Shown piece after piece: positions 14,974 through 24,029 of a stretch of DNA of 58,437 bases. The translations under genes and the position numbers were made by a program. The DNA comes from a candidate division WWE3 bacterium UBA1379 (GTDB lineage: Bacteria > Patescibacteriota > WWE3 > UBA101185 > UBA10185). The stretch lies in contig DBRB01000001.1 in assembly GCA_002305475.1 (NCBI GenBank), positions 1 to 58,437 of the forward strand, in the 5' to 3' direction. The stretch's first letter is position 1. Each line of letters begins with the position of its first letter. Under the pieces are notes generated by a model. The model did not search any database. It was not told the DNA's origin and worked only from the letters and a program-made list of their open reading frames with translations.

Positions 14974-15393
14974 TTAAATTAGGCTTTCAATATTACCCAG
15001 AAGGTCAATATAATAAAAATTAATAGGTATCTTTATCTCATATTCATTAAATAGGATATATCTGGCTTTCTGAGCACATTCTTTATGCCGGATGAAGTCT
15101 TCTTGTTTAGAAAGACCATTAGGGATTAAATTGTCGGATGCGTAACCTCCACAATCCTGATGATCGAAAACCAGAATTTCATGGGGAGAATGAAGGTCTA
15201 AAGATATTTTTAGTTGTCTAATTAAGTTTTGTAAATATATCTCATTTTCTGGTTTGACTATATCTCTAAGACTACCTGCTATGCTTATATGATCATATTT
15301 ACCAACATAATTACTAGACTCTAGCCACCTCATTAAAGTGCGTTGAATGCGAAAATCAATACAGGATATTATTAAAGCTTTTGCTTTATGCAT
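14974..15393 (-). CDS. beta-carbonic-anhydrase-like small protein
   Basis: SCIDFR (CxDxR) and HQDCGGY (HxxCG), the zinc-ligand pattern of beta-class carbonic anhydrases. At 139 aa it is shorter than canonical enzymes. Confidence 0.4.
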   Translation of the reverse strand: MHKAKALIISCIDFRIQRTLMRWLESSNYVGKYDHISIAGSLRDIVKPENEIYLQNLIRQLKISLDLHSPHEILVFDHQDCGGYASDNLIPNGLSKQEDFIRHKECAQKARYILFNEYEIKIPINFYYIDLLGNIESLI

Positions 15394-15550
15394 AAATTTA
15401 AAGAATCAAAAACCAATAGTTATAATACCATAGAAATAACTTAATCAAATTAATTACTGTTTCCTTATATAATTATTAACCGATACATGTATGCTAATAT
15501 ACTTTACTGAGAGCTCAATGATTTGATCAGATGATATTTAGGAGGGAATA

Positions 15551-15928
15551 ATGATAATCAGGCTTGCAATTGTAGAAGATGATGAAGCCGTAAGAATTAC
15601 GCATGAGGCATTTTTCTTGTCAGCGATACATGACATCATAGTTACAACATATAAAAACGGGCAGGATCTTATAGATGCATTAAAAAAGGGAGAGTGGTTT
15701 CATGGTGTGTTAATGGACGGGAAGCTTCCTGACGGGGTTACAGGACCGGAATATACCCATATGATTAAGGAGATATACCCTGAGACTATTATCATCGGTT
15801 ATTCTTCAGACATATCGCTCAAAGACTCTTTTCTTGATAAAGGAGCCGATGCATTCTTTCTAAAGATAACATCAATAAAGGAACTGTATGATCTCGCAGA
15901 TAAGATTGAGGGAGTACTTAGGAAGTAA
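15551..15928 (+). CDS. single-domain response regulator (CheY-like receiver)
   Basis: VEDD acidic pocket, phospho-acceptor-like D in VLMDGKLPDG, 125 aa, TAGGAGGG RBS. Confidence 0.7.
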   Translation: MIIRLAIVEDDEAVRITHEAFFLSAIHDIIVTTYKNGQDLIDALKKGEWFHGVLMDGKLPDGVTGPEYTHMIKEIYPETIIIGYSSDISLKDSFLDKGADAFFLKITSIKELYDLADKIEGVLRK

Positions 15929-15937
15929 TGATAATTT

Positions 15938-15980
15938 ACGCTATGAATATCCGGTCACCGATTTCATAGCGTATTTTTAT
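15938..15980 (+). terminator. rho-independent terminator of the response regulator gene
   Basis: ACGCTATGAA (15938-15947) / TTCATAGCGT (15963-15972) perfect 10 bp, followed by ATTTTTATTT. Confidence 0.7.
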
Positions 15981-16058
15981 TTATGGTAGTTGATATCGTG
16001 CTATGATAGTATATTTTGAGTTAGTTACCGTTATTCTGACAGTAATAATGGAGGTGAG

Positions 16059-16366
16059 ATGATAAACAAAAAAGATAAGATTAACAATATTCTGTCATTC
16101 TTTGAAAAGGAAGGTAAAGTTTTACGAAAAGGACCATTCAAAAATGAAAGGAGCTTTTCACAAATTTTTACGGGGTTGGATTATATTTTCTTCCTTAATG
16201 CATAAATAGTATTAACGGATTATTTGAGCAAGAAGGAATATCGGGTTTTCTTGATCTTGCTACTGTTAACTCAGATCTTAACGATAATATAGTGTGTTTC
16301 TATGAGTATAGCGGGGGAATTAAATTAGAAGGCGGAGAATACTTTGTCATGCTTAGAAATGTATAG
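16059..16366 (+). pseudogene. frameshifted small gene (SMI1/KNR4-SUKH-like impression)
   Basis: ORF 16059-16205 (GGAGGTGA RBS; ...GLDYIFFLNA*) continues sensibly in the next frame at 16208-16366 (SINGLFEQEG...FYEYSGGIKLEGGEYFVMLRNV*). Confidence 0.35.
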
Positions 16367-16381
16367 CTTATAAAACACTAA

Positions 16382-16428
16382 AAGCTGTCAGCACATTTGT
16401 TAAAACGCTGGCAGCTTCTTTATTATTA
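16382..16428 (+). terminator. rho-independent terminator candidate
   Basis: AAGCTGTCAGC (16382-16392) / GCTGGCAGCTT (16407-16417), 11 bp with one U-G wobble valid on the plus strand, then CTTTATTATT. Confidence 0.5.
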
Positions 16429-16485
16429 AATCACAGAAAAATTACATATTATTAATAGATTATAGGGTTATTAGTTAATTAAAAA

Positions 16486-16560
16486 TGGCGCGCCTGGAGG
16501 GAATCGAACCCCCACACCTTGTTCCGAAGACAAGTGCCCTATCCTTTAGGCCACAGGCGC
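16486..16560 (-). tRNA. tRNA-Arg (anticodon UCG), CCA encoded
   Basis: Reverse complement is GCGCCTGTGGCCTAAAGGATAGGGCACTTGTCTTCGGAACAAG...GGTTCGATTCCCTCCAGGCGCGCCA. Confidence 0.9.
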
Positions 16561-16607
16561 ATATCGTGATTCTGGTCTAAATAACTCCAATATTATACAA
16601 TGATTGC

Positions 16608-17048
16608 ATGAAAATCTCACCACAACTACAAAAGAGGTTAATTGTTTCCTATATTCTCTTACTTCTCCTAGGTTTTTTTTATGTCAGATCGGTTATCAGT
16701 GAAGACGTAGTTGATGTGGATGATAAAAAAGAAAAAGTGGATACAAGAGAAGTTCATCCGGCTAAAGTGTTTATTAGAATTAATGCTGATAAGGTATATA
16801 GCACTCGATTAGAAACCATAGATACTGTTCTTGATGCTCTGGAAGAGTTGCGAAGAAGACAGAATTTTATATATGAGAAAACTGCCTATACTTACGGTAC
16901 AGAATTGAATATTATCGATAATCAGAAAGCTCCGGTGGGATATAGATGGAATGTGTATGATAATGACAAACTTATAACTTTTGATATCCACAATATATAC
17001 TTGGAAGACGAAAAGACTTATGATATTAGACTGGAAAAAGTTGAATAA
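16608..17048 (+). CDS. hypothetical membrane-anchored extracytoplasmic protein
   Basis: 146-aa ORF with an N-terminal TM segment (LIVSYILLLLLGFFYV). Confidence 0.5.
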   Translation: MKISPQLQKRLIVSYILLLLLGFFYVRSVISEDVVDVDDKKEKVDTREVHPAKVFIRINADKVYSTRLETIDTVLDALEELRRRQNFIYEKTAYTYGTELNIIDNQKAPVGYRWNVYDNDKLITFDIHNIYLEDEKTYDIRLEKVE

Positions 17049-17058
17049 CTTTACCTAT

Positions 17059-18240
17059 CTACTCGTATCGTAAAGCTTCTATCGGATCTTTTCTGCTTGC
17101 TTTCAACGCTGGATAAGTACCGAATAATACTCCAACTACCATTGAAAATCCTAAAGCTAGTATGATAGACCAGATTGGTATTTCTGCTCTGATGAAAGAT
17201 CTGGCGACAAATGAAGCCAGATAACCGAATAGTAAACCTATTATTCCCCCTCCGATACTTAGCAAAATCGCTTCAATCATGAACTGGAAAGCAATATTTT
17301 TGGAAGTTGCCCCCAAAGCTTTTCTAAGTCCTATTTCTCGGGTTCTTTCCGTAACAGAAACTAGCATGATATTCATAATTCCGATACCTCCAACCAGTAG
17401 TGATATACCTGCAATTGCACCTAAAAAGGAAGTTAATATTCCTAATATACTGTTTATTGTAGATAATATATCTTTCTGAGACATTACTGAGAAGTCATCC
17501 GGTTTTAAGTCTCTGAGCAGCGCAGATCTGATCTGTTTTGTTGCTGTATCAACATCCTGTGCATTACGAACCTTTATTGAAATAGATCCGTAGTTTTTAA
17601 TATCGAACGTATCGCTTAATGTGGTATAAGGTACAATTACCTGTTCATCGTATGCTCTCCCCTTCTCTTTGAATACCCCAATAACTTTATATGAATCATC
17701 ACCGATTTTTACTGTTTCTCCGATCGGTGATCTGTTTGGGAAAAGCTTTTTTACTACTTCAGGGCCTAATATTACTACCCTGGATTTGGTGGTTTCGTCC
17801 GTTTTTGTAAAGAAACTACCTTCTTTTACATCAAAGTTATACATATCTTTTCCAACATAACTTGACCCAATCACTCCTGCATTGAAAGTTTTTGTTTTGT
17901 ATCTGATTTTTTCTCCTATTTCTATATGCGGGGCTACATTTTCAACATATTCTGATGCGTAAGTATTTATCATATCTACATGTTTTTTCTCCAGCTTGTT
18001 TCTGGCAAAGTTTCTTGCCGGATCAGCAGTCATGTCCATTCTTCCTGGCATCACAAACAATAAGTTGGAACCTAAAGCGTCAAATTGTTCCGAAATATAA
18101 TTCTGCATACCTCTTCCTAAAGCAATTAATGATATGACAGCGAACACACCGATTACCACACCCAACATGGTCAAAAATGACCTTACTTTATTAAGTCCAA
18201 GTGATCTTATTGATGTTCTTAATGTTTCTGATACTCTCAT
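17059..18240 (-). CDS. MacB-type ABC transporter permease (FtsX domain)
   Basis: 393 aa. N-terminal TM, large extracytoplasmic domain, C-terminal FtsX-like TM bundle (RTREIGLRKALGA motif). Confidence 0.8.
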   Translation of the reverse strand: MRVSETLRTSIRSLGLNKVRSFLTMLGVVIGVFAVISLIALGRGMQNYISEQFDALGSNLLFVMPGRMDMTADPARNFARNKLEKKHVDMINTYASEYVENVAPHIEIGEKIRYKTKTFNAGVIGSSYVGKDMYNFDVKEGSFFTKTDETTKSRVVILGPEVVKKLFPNRSPIGETVKIGDDSYKVIGVFKEKGRAYDEQVIVPYTTLSDTFDIKNYGSISIKVRNAQDVDTATKQIRSALLRDLKPDDFSVMSQKDILSTINSILGILTSFLGAIAGISLLVGGIGIMNIMLVSVTERTREIGLRKALGATSKNIAFQFMIEAILLSIGGGIIGLLFGYLASFVARSFIRAEIPIWSIILALGFSMVVGVLFGTYPALKASRKDPIEALRYE

Positions 18241-18941
18241 TGGTTTATAATTTCCCCGTCTCGAAGAACAACCTTTCTCTGGGCAATTTCTGCCAAGTCA
18301 TCATCATGAGTAACTAATACTATAGTTTTTCCCTGGGTATTTAAATGCAGGAATAATTCCATAATTTCGGTTCCTGTCTTTGAATCAAGATTTCCTGTTG
18401 GTTCATCTGCCAGAATGATTGAAGGATTGTTGATTAATGCCCTGGCAATTGCTACTCTTTGTTTCTGACCGCCGGATAGTTCATTTGAACGGTTATATAA
18501 ACGATTACCTAAACCCACCATAGTCAGCATATCGATAGCTTTTTTATTCCAATCTGCTTTAGGAACATTACTGTACGTTAATGGCAGTATCACATTATCA
18601 AGAGCGGTTGTTCGTTGCAGTAAATTAAAAGCCTGAAAAATGAAGCCTATTTCACTGTTTCTGATATTTGCCAGTTGATTTTCTTTAAAATTCTTAGTTA
18701 AATGACCGTTCAATACAATCTCACCTTCACTTGGAGTATCTAAAAGACCGATCATATGCATAAGTGTTGATTTACCAGAACCCGATTTTCCCACAATTGC
18801 TACAAATTCCCCAGGATATACAGATAGAGAAGCATTTTTTACCGCCGTAATACGTGTGTCACCCATATCGTAATACTTGCAGATATTTCTTGCTTCTAGT
18901 ATCGGACTATTTTTTGATGAGGAATTCTTAGAAGTATACAT
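18237..18941 (-). CDS. ABC transporter ATP-binding protein (MacB/LolD type)
   Basis: GKSGSGKST Walker A, LSGGQKQRVAIARAL signature, ILADEPTGNLD Walker B. 4-nt overlap with the permease gene. Confidence 0.9.
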   Translation of the reverse strand: MYTSKNSSSKNSPILEARNICKYYDMGDTRITAVKNASLSVYPGEFVAIVGKSGSGKSTLMHMIGLLDTPSEGEIVLNGHLTKNFKENQLANIRNSEIGFIFQAFNLLQRTTALDNVILPLTYSNVPKADWNKKAIDMLTMVGLGNRLYNRSNELSGGQKQRVAIARALINNPSIILADEPTGNLDSKTGTEIMELFLHLNTQGKTIVLVTHDDDLAEIAQRKVVLRDGEIINQ

Positions 18942-18975
18942 GTGAATTTCTTAAATGTTTTGTATGAATAATTTA

Positions 18976-20037
18976 TTACTCTATTACCTGAACTTTGACA
19001 CCCTCTTCAAGCTCCTGGTTGTCGTTTAGCGGTGCAACTACTCTTTCATTACCGTTTATCTCGGATTTAATCTCTACGTACAGGTCACCTTCCAATCCTT
19101 TTTCAATATTTCTCTTAATAAGCAGTCCGGTTTCATTAACCACCCAAACGTAAGTATTTCCGGAATCATCTGAATAAACCTGATCATAATCCAGAGTCTT
19201 TACAGGAGTGTCGGTTGATTCAACGATAATATTTGCATCACCTTCCATGCCCAGCAACACGGGATGGCCCTCCCCGTTGATCAACTTCATTTCTACAGAG
19301 AAACTGTTTGTAGTATCAGCAAATAAAGGAATATTCTGAATAACGGCGGAAAAAATATTATTTGGATATGCATCCAGTACAACTTCTACATTCTGTCCAT
19401 TTTTAAGAAGACCGATATCTTCCTGATCTACTGTAACTTCGAAAACCAAATTATTAAGGTCAGCAATTTTCATAACAGGTGTGGCGGGGGATACTGTTTC
19501 TCCCGGGTTCATGTTAATATCAATTATTGTTCCGTTAAATGGAGCATTAATAAACAAATTATTAAGACCCGCTAAAGAAGCTTTGTAATTTGCTTCCGCC
19601 TGGCTGATCTGTTCATTAAGTGTTCTCAGTTTGATCTCGTATTCTCTTTCTCCACCTGCCAATGATTTATTATTTTCAAATTGTTCAATAAACAGTTCTT
19701 TATTTCTGATAGCAATATCCCTGGCATCTTTTAATGCTTGAGTAGAGTGAGATATACTAGATGAGTCAAGTCTGGCTAAAGTCTTACCTTTTGGTACTTC
19801 CTCACCTTCTGATACTGAAATGCTTAATATCGTACCGGCAGCAGAAAAAGATAAGCTTGCTTCATTTTTGGATGTTACTCTTCCTGATGCGGATACAGTC
19901 TTTGTGACAACTTCCTGCTTAAAGGGAGCTTCTCTGACTACAACAGTACCCCCACGGTTTTTTACTGCGTTGTAACCGATTATCCCTATGGTAAGAATAA
20001 TAATTATTAAAATAATTATCTTAATATACTTCTTCAT
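18976..20037 (-). CDS. HlyD/MacA-family periplasmic adaptor (membrane fusion) protein
   Basis: TM anchor, coiled-coil region, barrel-sandwich/beta-barrel regions. Start set to ATG 20035-20037 (MKKYIKII...) to avoid overlapping dgkA. Confidence 0.75.
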   Translation of the reverse strand: MKKYIKIIILIIIILTIGIIGYNAVKNRGGTVVVREAPFKQEVVTKTVSASGRVTSKNEASLSFSAAGTILSISVSEGEEVPKGKTLARLDSSSISHSTQALKDARDIAIRNKELFIEQFENNKSLAGGEREYEIKLRTLNEQISQAEANYKASLAGLNNLFINAPFNGTIIDINMNPGETVSPATPVMKIADLNNLVFEVTVDQEDIGLLKNGQNVEVVLDAYPNNIFSAVIQNIPLFADTTNSFSVEMKLINGEGHPVLLGMEGDANIIVESTDTPVKTLDYDQVYSDDSGNTYVWVVNETGLLIKRNIEKGLEGDLYVEIKSEINGNERVVAPLNDNQELEEGVKVQVIE

Positions 20038-20082
20038 ACACCAAATATGGATTCTACACCTATTAAATAGTATTATACAACT

Positions 20083-20457
20083 ATGTTTAAATTGTTTGCT
20101 TCCCATCATCCGTTCAGACAAGCTAAAAGTTTTAAATATGCATTTAAAGGGATATTTCATGCCTTATTAAATGAACCAAACTTTCGTGCACAAATCGTTA
20201 TAGTCTTTTTCTCAATAACAATGGGTATTCATTTTCAGATAACTAATACAGAATGGGGTATGCTAATAATATCCATGGGTATGCTCCTTGGGGCAGAAAT
20301 GACCAATACAGTAGTTGAGGAGCTTATTGATCACTTGATTAAGGAATACCATGAGGGTGCAAAAATAATTAAAGATCTGGCTGCTGGTTTTGTATTAACT
20401 GCAGCATTTACAGCTCTGGCAATACTAGTATTAATCTTTGGGCATAGAGTATTATAG
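20083..20457 (+). CDS. dgkA: diacylglycerol/undecaprenol kinase (DgkA family)
   Basis: 124 aa, three TM segments, FKYAFKGI ... GAEMTNTVVEELID motifs. Confidence 0.8.
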   Translation: MFKLFASHHPFRQAKSFKYAFKGIFHALLNEPNFRAQIVIVFFSITMGIHFQITNTEWGMLIISMGMLLGAEMTNTVVEELIDHLIKEYHEGAKIIKDLAAGFVLTAAFTALAILVLIFGHRVL

Positions 20458-20463
20458 AAAAAA

Positions 20464-21006
20464 TTAGCTTTTTGAAATTAATCTTTCCATCTGAATAAAT
20501 ATTATCAGTACTACAAGACCGATCAGATATCCTCCTATGACATCCCCAAGGTCATGAACCTGAAGTGCAATTCTTGAAACACCGATAAATACAAGTAAGT
20601 ATACGGATATCCACATTAAAAGTCTTCTTAAAAACTTATTTATTCTTTTTAACTTCAGGCTCAAATAGATTAAATACCCGAAAAATACTGTATAAAAAAG
20701 AGTGTGTCCGCTGGGAAATCCGTAAATGTCATTAAGAAAATAGATATTTAAACCATCTGTGGTTGGTCTGGGCTGTTTAAAAACTCCTTTTAAGTACCAG
20801 ACTAAAGGATAACTAATTGTAGTAAATATAACTAAAAGAGACTGTATAACGTATTTTTTTCTATATAAATAGAAAGAGATCAGGATGATAGTAATCAATA
20901 CGGCAACCCTGTTTGTGCCGAAATTGCTGACCAATTCTAGTTGTTTTTGAATAAAACTTTCTGGATTAAACATATCAATCATCCAGATTATCGATAATCT
21001 GTTCAA
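20464..21006 (-). CDS. PAP2 family phosphatase
   Basis: KQPRP, PSGH and SRIALQVHDLGD (KxxxxxxRP / PSGH / SRxxxxxHxxxD). The start may be an internal Met, because 21006 overlaps the upstream gene by 32 nt. Confidence 0.8.
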   Translation of the reverse strand: MNRLSIIWMIDMFNPESFIQKQLELVSNFGTNRVAVLITIILISFYLYRKKYVIQSLLVIFTTISYPLVWYLKGVFKQPRPTTDGLNIYFLNDIYGFPSGHTLFYTVFFGYLIYLSLKLKRINKFLRRLLMWISVYLLVFIGVSRIALQVHDLGDVIGGYLIGLVVLIIFIQMERLISKS

Positions 21007-22462
21007 TTTGTACTTTTTGAGGATTGTCTATGAGCTGATTGGCGGCAAAATCAGTTGGAATGATATAGACCTCGCTAATAACTCTGCCATTTGAATCATA
21101 GTATGTTCTATCGGCATTATATGCTTTGACCCAGTCCTTAATTCTCTCTTCTTCTATTACATCCCTGAAGCTCTGAGGGTTAAGGATATGAATATAAAAA
21201 CCCGCATATTGTGCATTTTTCTGAAGAGGAACTGAATATCTGGAGATGGAAGATCTTTCATTACAGGAATAAAAGCCTATATTTGGCTTGCTTTCCACAA
21301 GATCCCTGATTTCTTCCCAATGTCTATAATATGGGAAACCAAATAAGCTAAGATGGTAAACAGCTGACGGTTTGGCAAAAGTCCAAAAGACAAATTTTTC
21401 ATCTTCCCAAGGATATTCCCTGCTATGATCTACATATATCATATATGATTGGGCAAAAAGGAATACAAATAATACAATAAGTCCTGCATAGACAAGGTAT
21501 TTTCCATGTTTATTCAAAACCTTTTCTGCGATTAATATACATAGTTCAATTCCAAATCCCATGAGGACAGCTAATGGCAGCAAGTATGTGTAGATGTGGG
21601 TTCCGGGAATCTCTACTAACATCTCCAGAAAGGCAAACGGGAATAGAAACCATGCTGCTAAGGCTGCTATTTTCAGATTGACCACTCTTGCTGCTTGGAT
21701 AATACCCAAAAAGGCAAGAGCGGTATAAAAATGGATAGCATATATAGGTTGATAAACCTGAAACAAATAGCGTGAGCTGGAAATTTTACCTCCCGTACCC
21801 TCCAGACGACCCAACCAGTAACTTTTGGTTGCTTCGCTGATGGATAAAACAAAGGGCACATAGAATGAAGCAAGGAAAATCCCCCCTAGTGCAGCACCTA
21901 ACCATAAATGATTGTTTTTCAGGTCCTTATATACCAGGTACAAAACAAAAGGGGCAATAAATATTCCGTCATAATGAGAAAGGATTGATAATGCCCAGAA
22001 TGAAAATGCCAGGTAATATCTTTTATGAGTAAAGGCATATAATGTCAGAACCATAAAAAGTATCACAAATGGCTGATATTGAACAATTCTTGAAAGTGCA
22101 ATGAAAAACCCATTGGTAGCAAAAAACAATGATGAAAAAAATGCGATTCTTTCTCCGAAATGATGTTTAATCAATTTATAAAAAAAGAAAACAGCCAAAG
22201 TACCAGCAAGAGCAAATGGCAGTCTTACTAGAAGTTGATTATCATATGTAGGATCTATATATTTTAATGCGGCAGTAATTATAAACTGCATAGGTCCTTT
22301 TCTCTGATCCATAAGAAATGAAAAAGCACTTTGATCGGAAGATGGCAGAAATAGCGCTTTTATTTCATCACCTTGATAATCGGAGTATCCGATATTAAAT
22401 AATCGTAGTATGCCAGCTGTCAGTGTCACTATTATGACAGGAAGATTCTTCTTTAATTTCAT
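20975..22462 (-). CDS. ArnT/PMT-like (GT39/GT83) membrane glycosyltransferase
   Basis: 495-aa polytopic protein with an N-terminal acidic loop (DYQGDE) after TM1 and a soluble C-terminal domain. Confidence 0.65.
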   Translation of the reverse strand: MKLKKNLPVIIVTLTAGILRLFNIGYSDYQGDEIKALFLPSSDQSAFSFLMDQRKGPMQFIITAALKYIDPTYDNQLLVRLPFALAGTLAVFFFYKLIKHHFGERIAFFSSLFFATNGFFIALSRIVQYQPFVILFMVLTLYAFTHKRYYLAFSFWALSILSHYDGIFIAPFVLYLVYKDLKNNHLWLGAALGGIFLASFYVPFVLSISEATKSYWLGRLEGTGGKISSSRYLFQVYQPIYAIHFYTALAFLGIIQAARVVNLKIAALAAWFLFPFAFLEMLVEIPGTHIYTYLLPLAVLMGFGIELCILIAEKVLNKHGKYLVYAGLIVLFVFLFAQSYMIYVDHSREYPWEDEKFVFWTFAKPSAVYHLSLFGFPYYRHWEEIRDLVESKPNIGFYSCNERSSISRYSVPLQKNAQYAGFYIHILNPQSFRDVIEEERIKDWVKAYNADRTYYDSNGRVISEVYIIPTDFAANQLIDNPQKVQIEQIIDNLDD

Positions 22463-22492
22463 ATAATCATTATATATGAAAACGAGGAATTT

Positions 22493-23358
22493 TTATCCCA
22501 TGATTATAATTCCAAGAAGTGCTAATACACCTGCAATAAACTTTTTTGCAATATGATCCCTTTCTTTTAAGACTAGTATTCCTAAAATCAAGCTAAGAAG
22601 AATTGATGAATTTACTATTGCAATGACTTTTGTAGCTTCTACCAGTACAAATGCTTTTAACATAAACAGATATCCCAATACATTCACTGCCGATAATAAC
22701 GGAATTTTCCAGGATCCTGTTAATATTTCTTTCTTTATATCTGAGATAGGAATATATGGAAGATAAATAAAAATAATTGGAATAATCCATACTAACAAGT
22801 TGTATATATCAGCAGAAAAAAATTCTGAACCTTTTTTATCCAACGAACCAGCGATTCCTAAGAATGTATAGGCTATCAGACCTATTGTCACTCCCAGCTT
22901 ATTTATACCACCTACTATCGTATTTTTGTTAATGGATATAAGTAATATTCCGATGGTAATTAGTAAAAAACCGATCAGTTTATTAATCGTTACAACCTCT
23001 TTATAGATTACTGCTGATATAAAAAAGACAATCGGTACGTATATGAAGGATATTGTTGAATAAATCCCGACATCAAGAAGCTGCGCCACTTTAAATCTTA
23101 ATCTTTCGTACATAGAAAATAGAAGGCACGCAAGCAACAGAAGTACCCATGGTACCCAGCTTCTATGAGGTATTTCTATACTACTTTCAGAGCTGGTTTT
23201 TGTTGTAATGAAGATAATAGTTGCAATAACTCCAGAATAAGCGTTAATACAAGAGATAAGGCACGAACGTTCTTGCTCTCCATAGAAATTATTTTCTGCA
23301 GTAAAGCAAGAAACGCAAAAAAGAAGAGGGATAATAATGAATAATATAGCCAGGACAT
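22493..23358 (-). pseudogene. EamA/DMT-family transporter split over two frames
   Basis: The 60-aa ORF (23176-23358) and the 214-aa ORF (22493-23137, TTG start) are both polytopic. The second frame stays open upstream across the first ORF's stop. Combined length is about 280 aa, as for EamA proteins. Confidence 0.5.
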
Positions 23359-23359
23359 A

Positions 23360-23971
23360 CTATTGTTTACCCAATAGCTTTTCTATATCCTTTGCAGAAT
23401 TATTTTCAATAAATTGAGACCACCACCATTCATGAGGATTACTTTCTTTCATGGAAAAAGCTAGATTCTTAGCTGGTTCCGTACGAAATCTTGGTACTCT
23501 GTCTACAAAATCAGAGTCAAACCATCTTTTAGCCAAATCATTACCCTGCCGTGCTAGTACCCATTCCTGATACATCTGTTCCAATCCATCAGCATCCTTG
23601 GCGCATTTTGACTCCATAGTCTGACGATCCTCATATTCAATGATGAGATTTTTTAGATCATCCGAAAAAGAAAATCCGCTAAACTGATCATTGACCGCCT
23701 TTTCCTCATCGGCAGTACTGTAGTGCTTTGCAACAAAATCCAGATCTCCGGTTCTTGCTTTGACAAGATCATGAAAAGCAGCCATAGCAAGTGCCTTTAA
23801 TCCCTGATCATGACTTAGTCCTTCCATTCGTGCCAGACAATAGGCAATGATAGATACATGATGACTGTGTGAAGCAACAGTATCGAATGTTGTACCAAGT
23901 TGTTTGACATGTGATCTGGGCATGGTCATTAATGTACCTGCCTGTTGAATGAGGAATAGTATTTTATTCAT
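23360..23971 (-). CDS. HD-domain phosphohydrolase (YfbR-like 5'-deoxynucleotidase family)
   Basis: SHSHH ... FHDLVKARTGD (H...HD...D metal ligands). Confidence 0.7.
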   Translation of the reverse strand: MNKILFLIQQAGTLMTMPRSHVKQLGTTFDTVASHSHHVSIIAYCLARMEGLSHDQGLKALAMAAFHDLVKARTGDLDFVAKHYSTADEEKAVNDQFSGFSFSDDLKNLIIEYEDRQTMESKCAKDADGLEQMYQEWVLARQGNDLAKRWFDSDFVDRVPRFRTEPAKNLAFSMKESNPHEWWWSQFIENNSAKDIEKLLGKQ

Positions 23972-24029
23972 ACGTAAATTATAACTTAAGAAACTATATT
24001 AGCTATAGTAGTAGTTAAAACATATATCT

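Noticed and set aside
20038-20160. 41-codon N-terminal extension of the HlyD-like adaptor. A similar 21-codon extension of the pectate-lyase-like gene lies at 46050-46112.
   Set aside because: The extensions precede obvious signal/anchor sequences that start at internal Mets (MKKYIKII…, MNNKKLARSS…). The first would also overlap dgkA.
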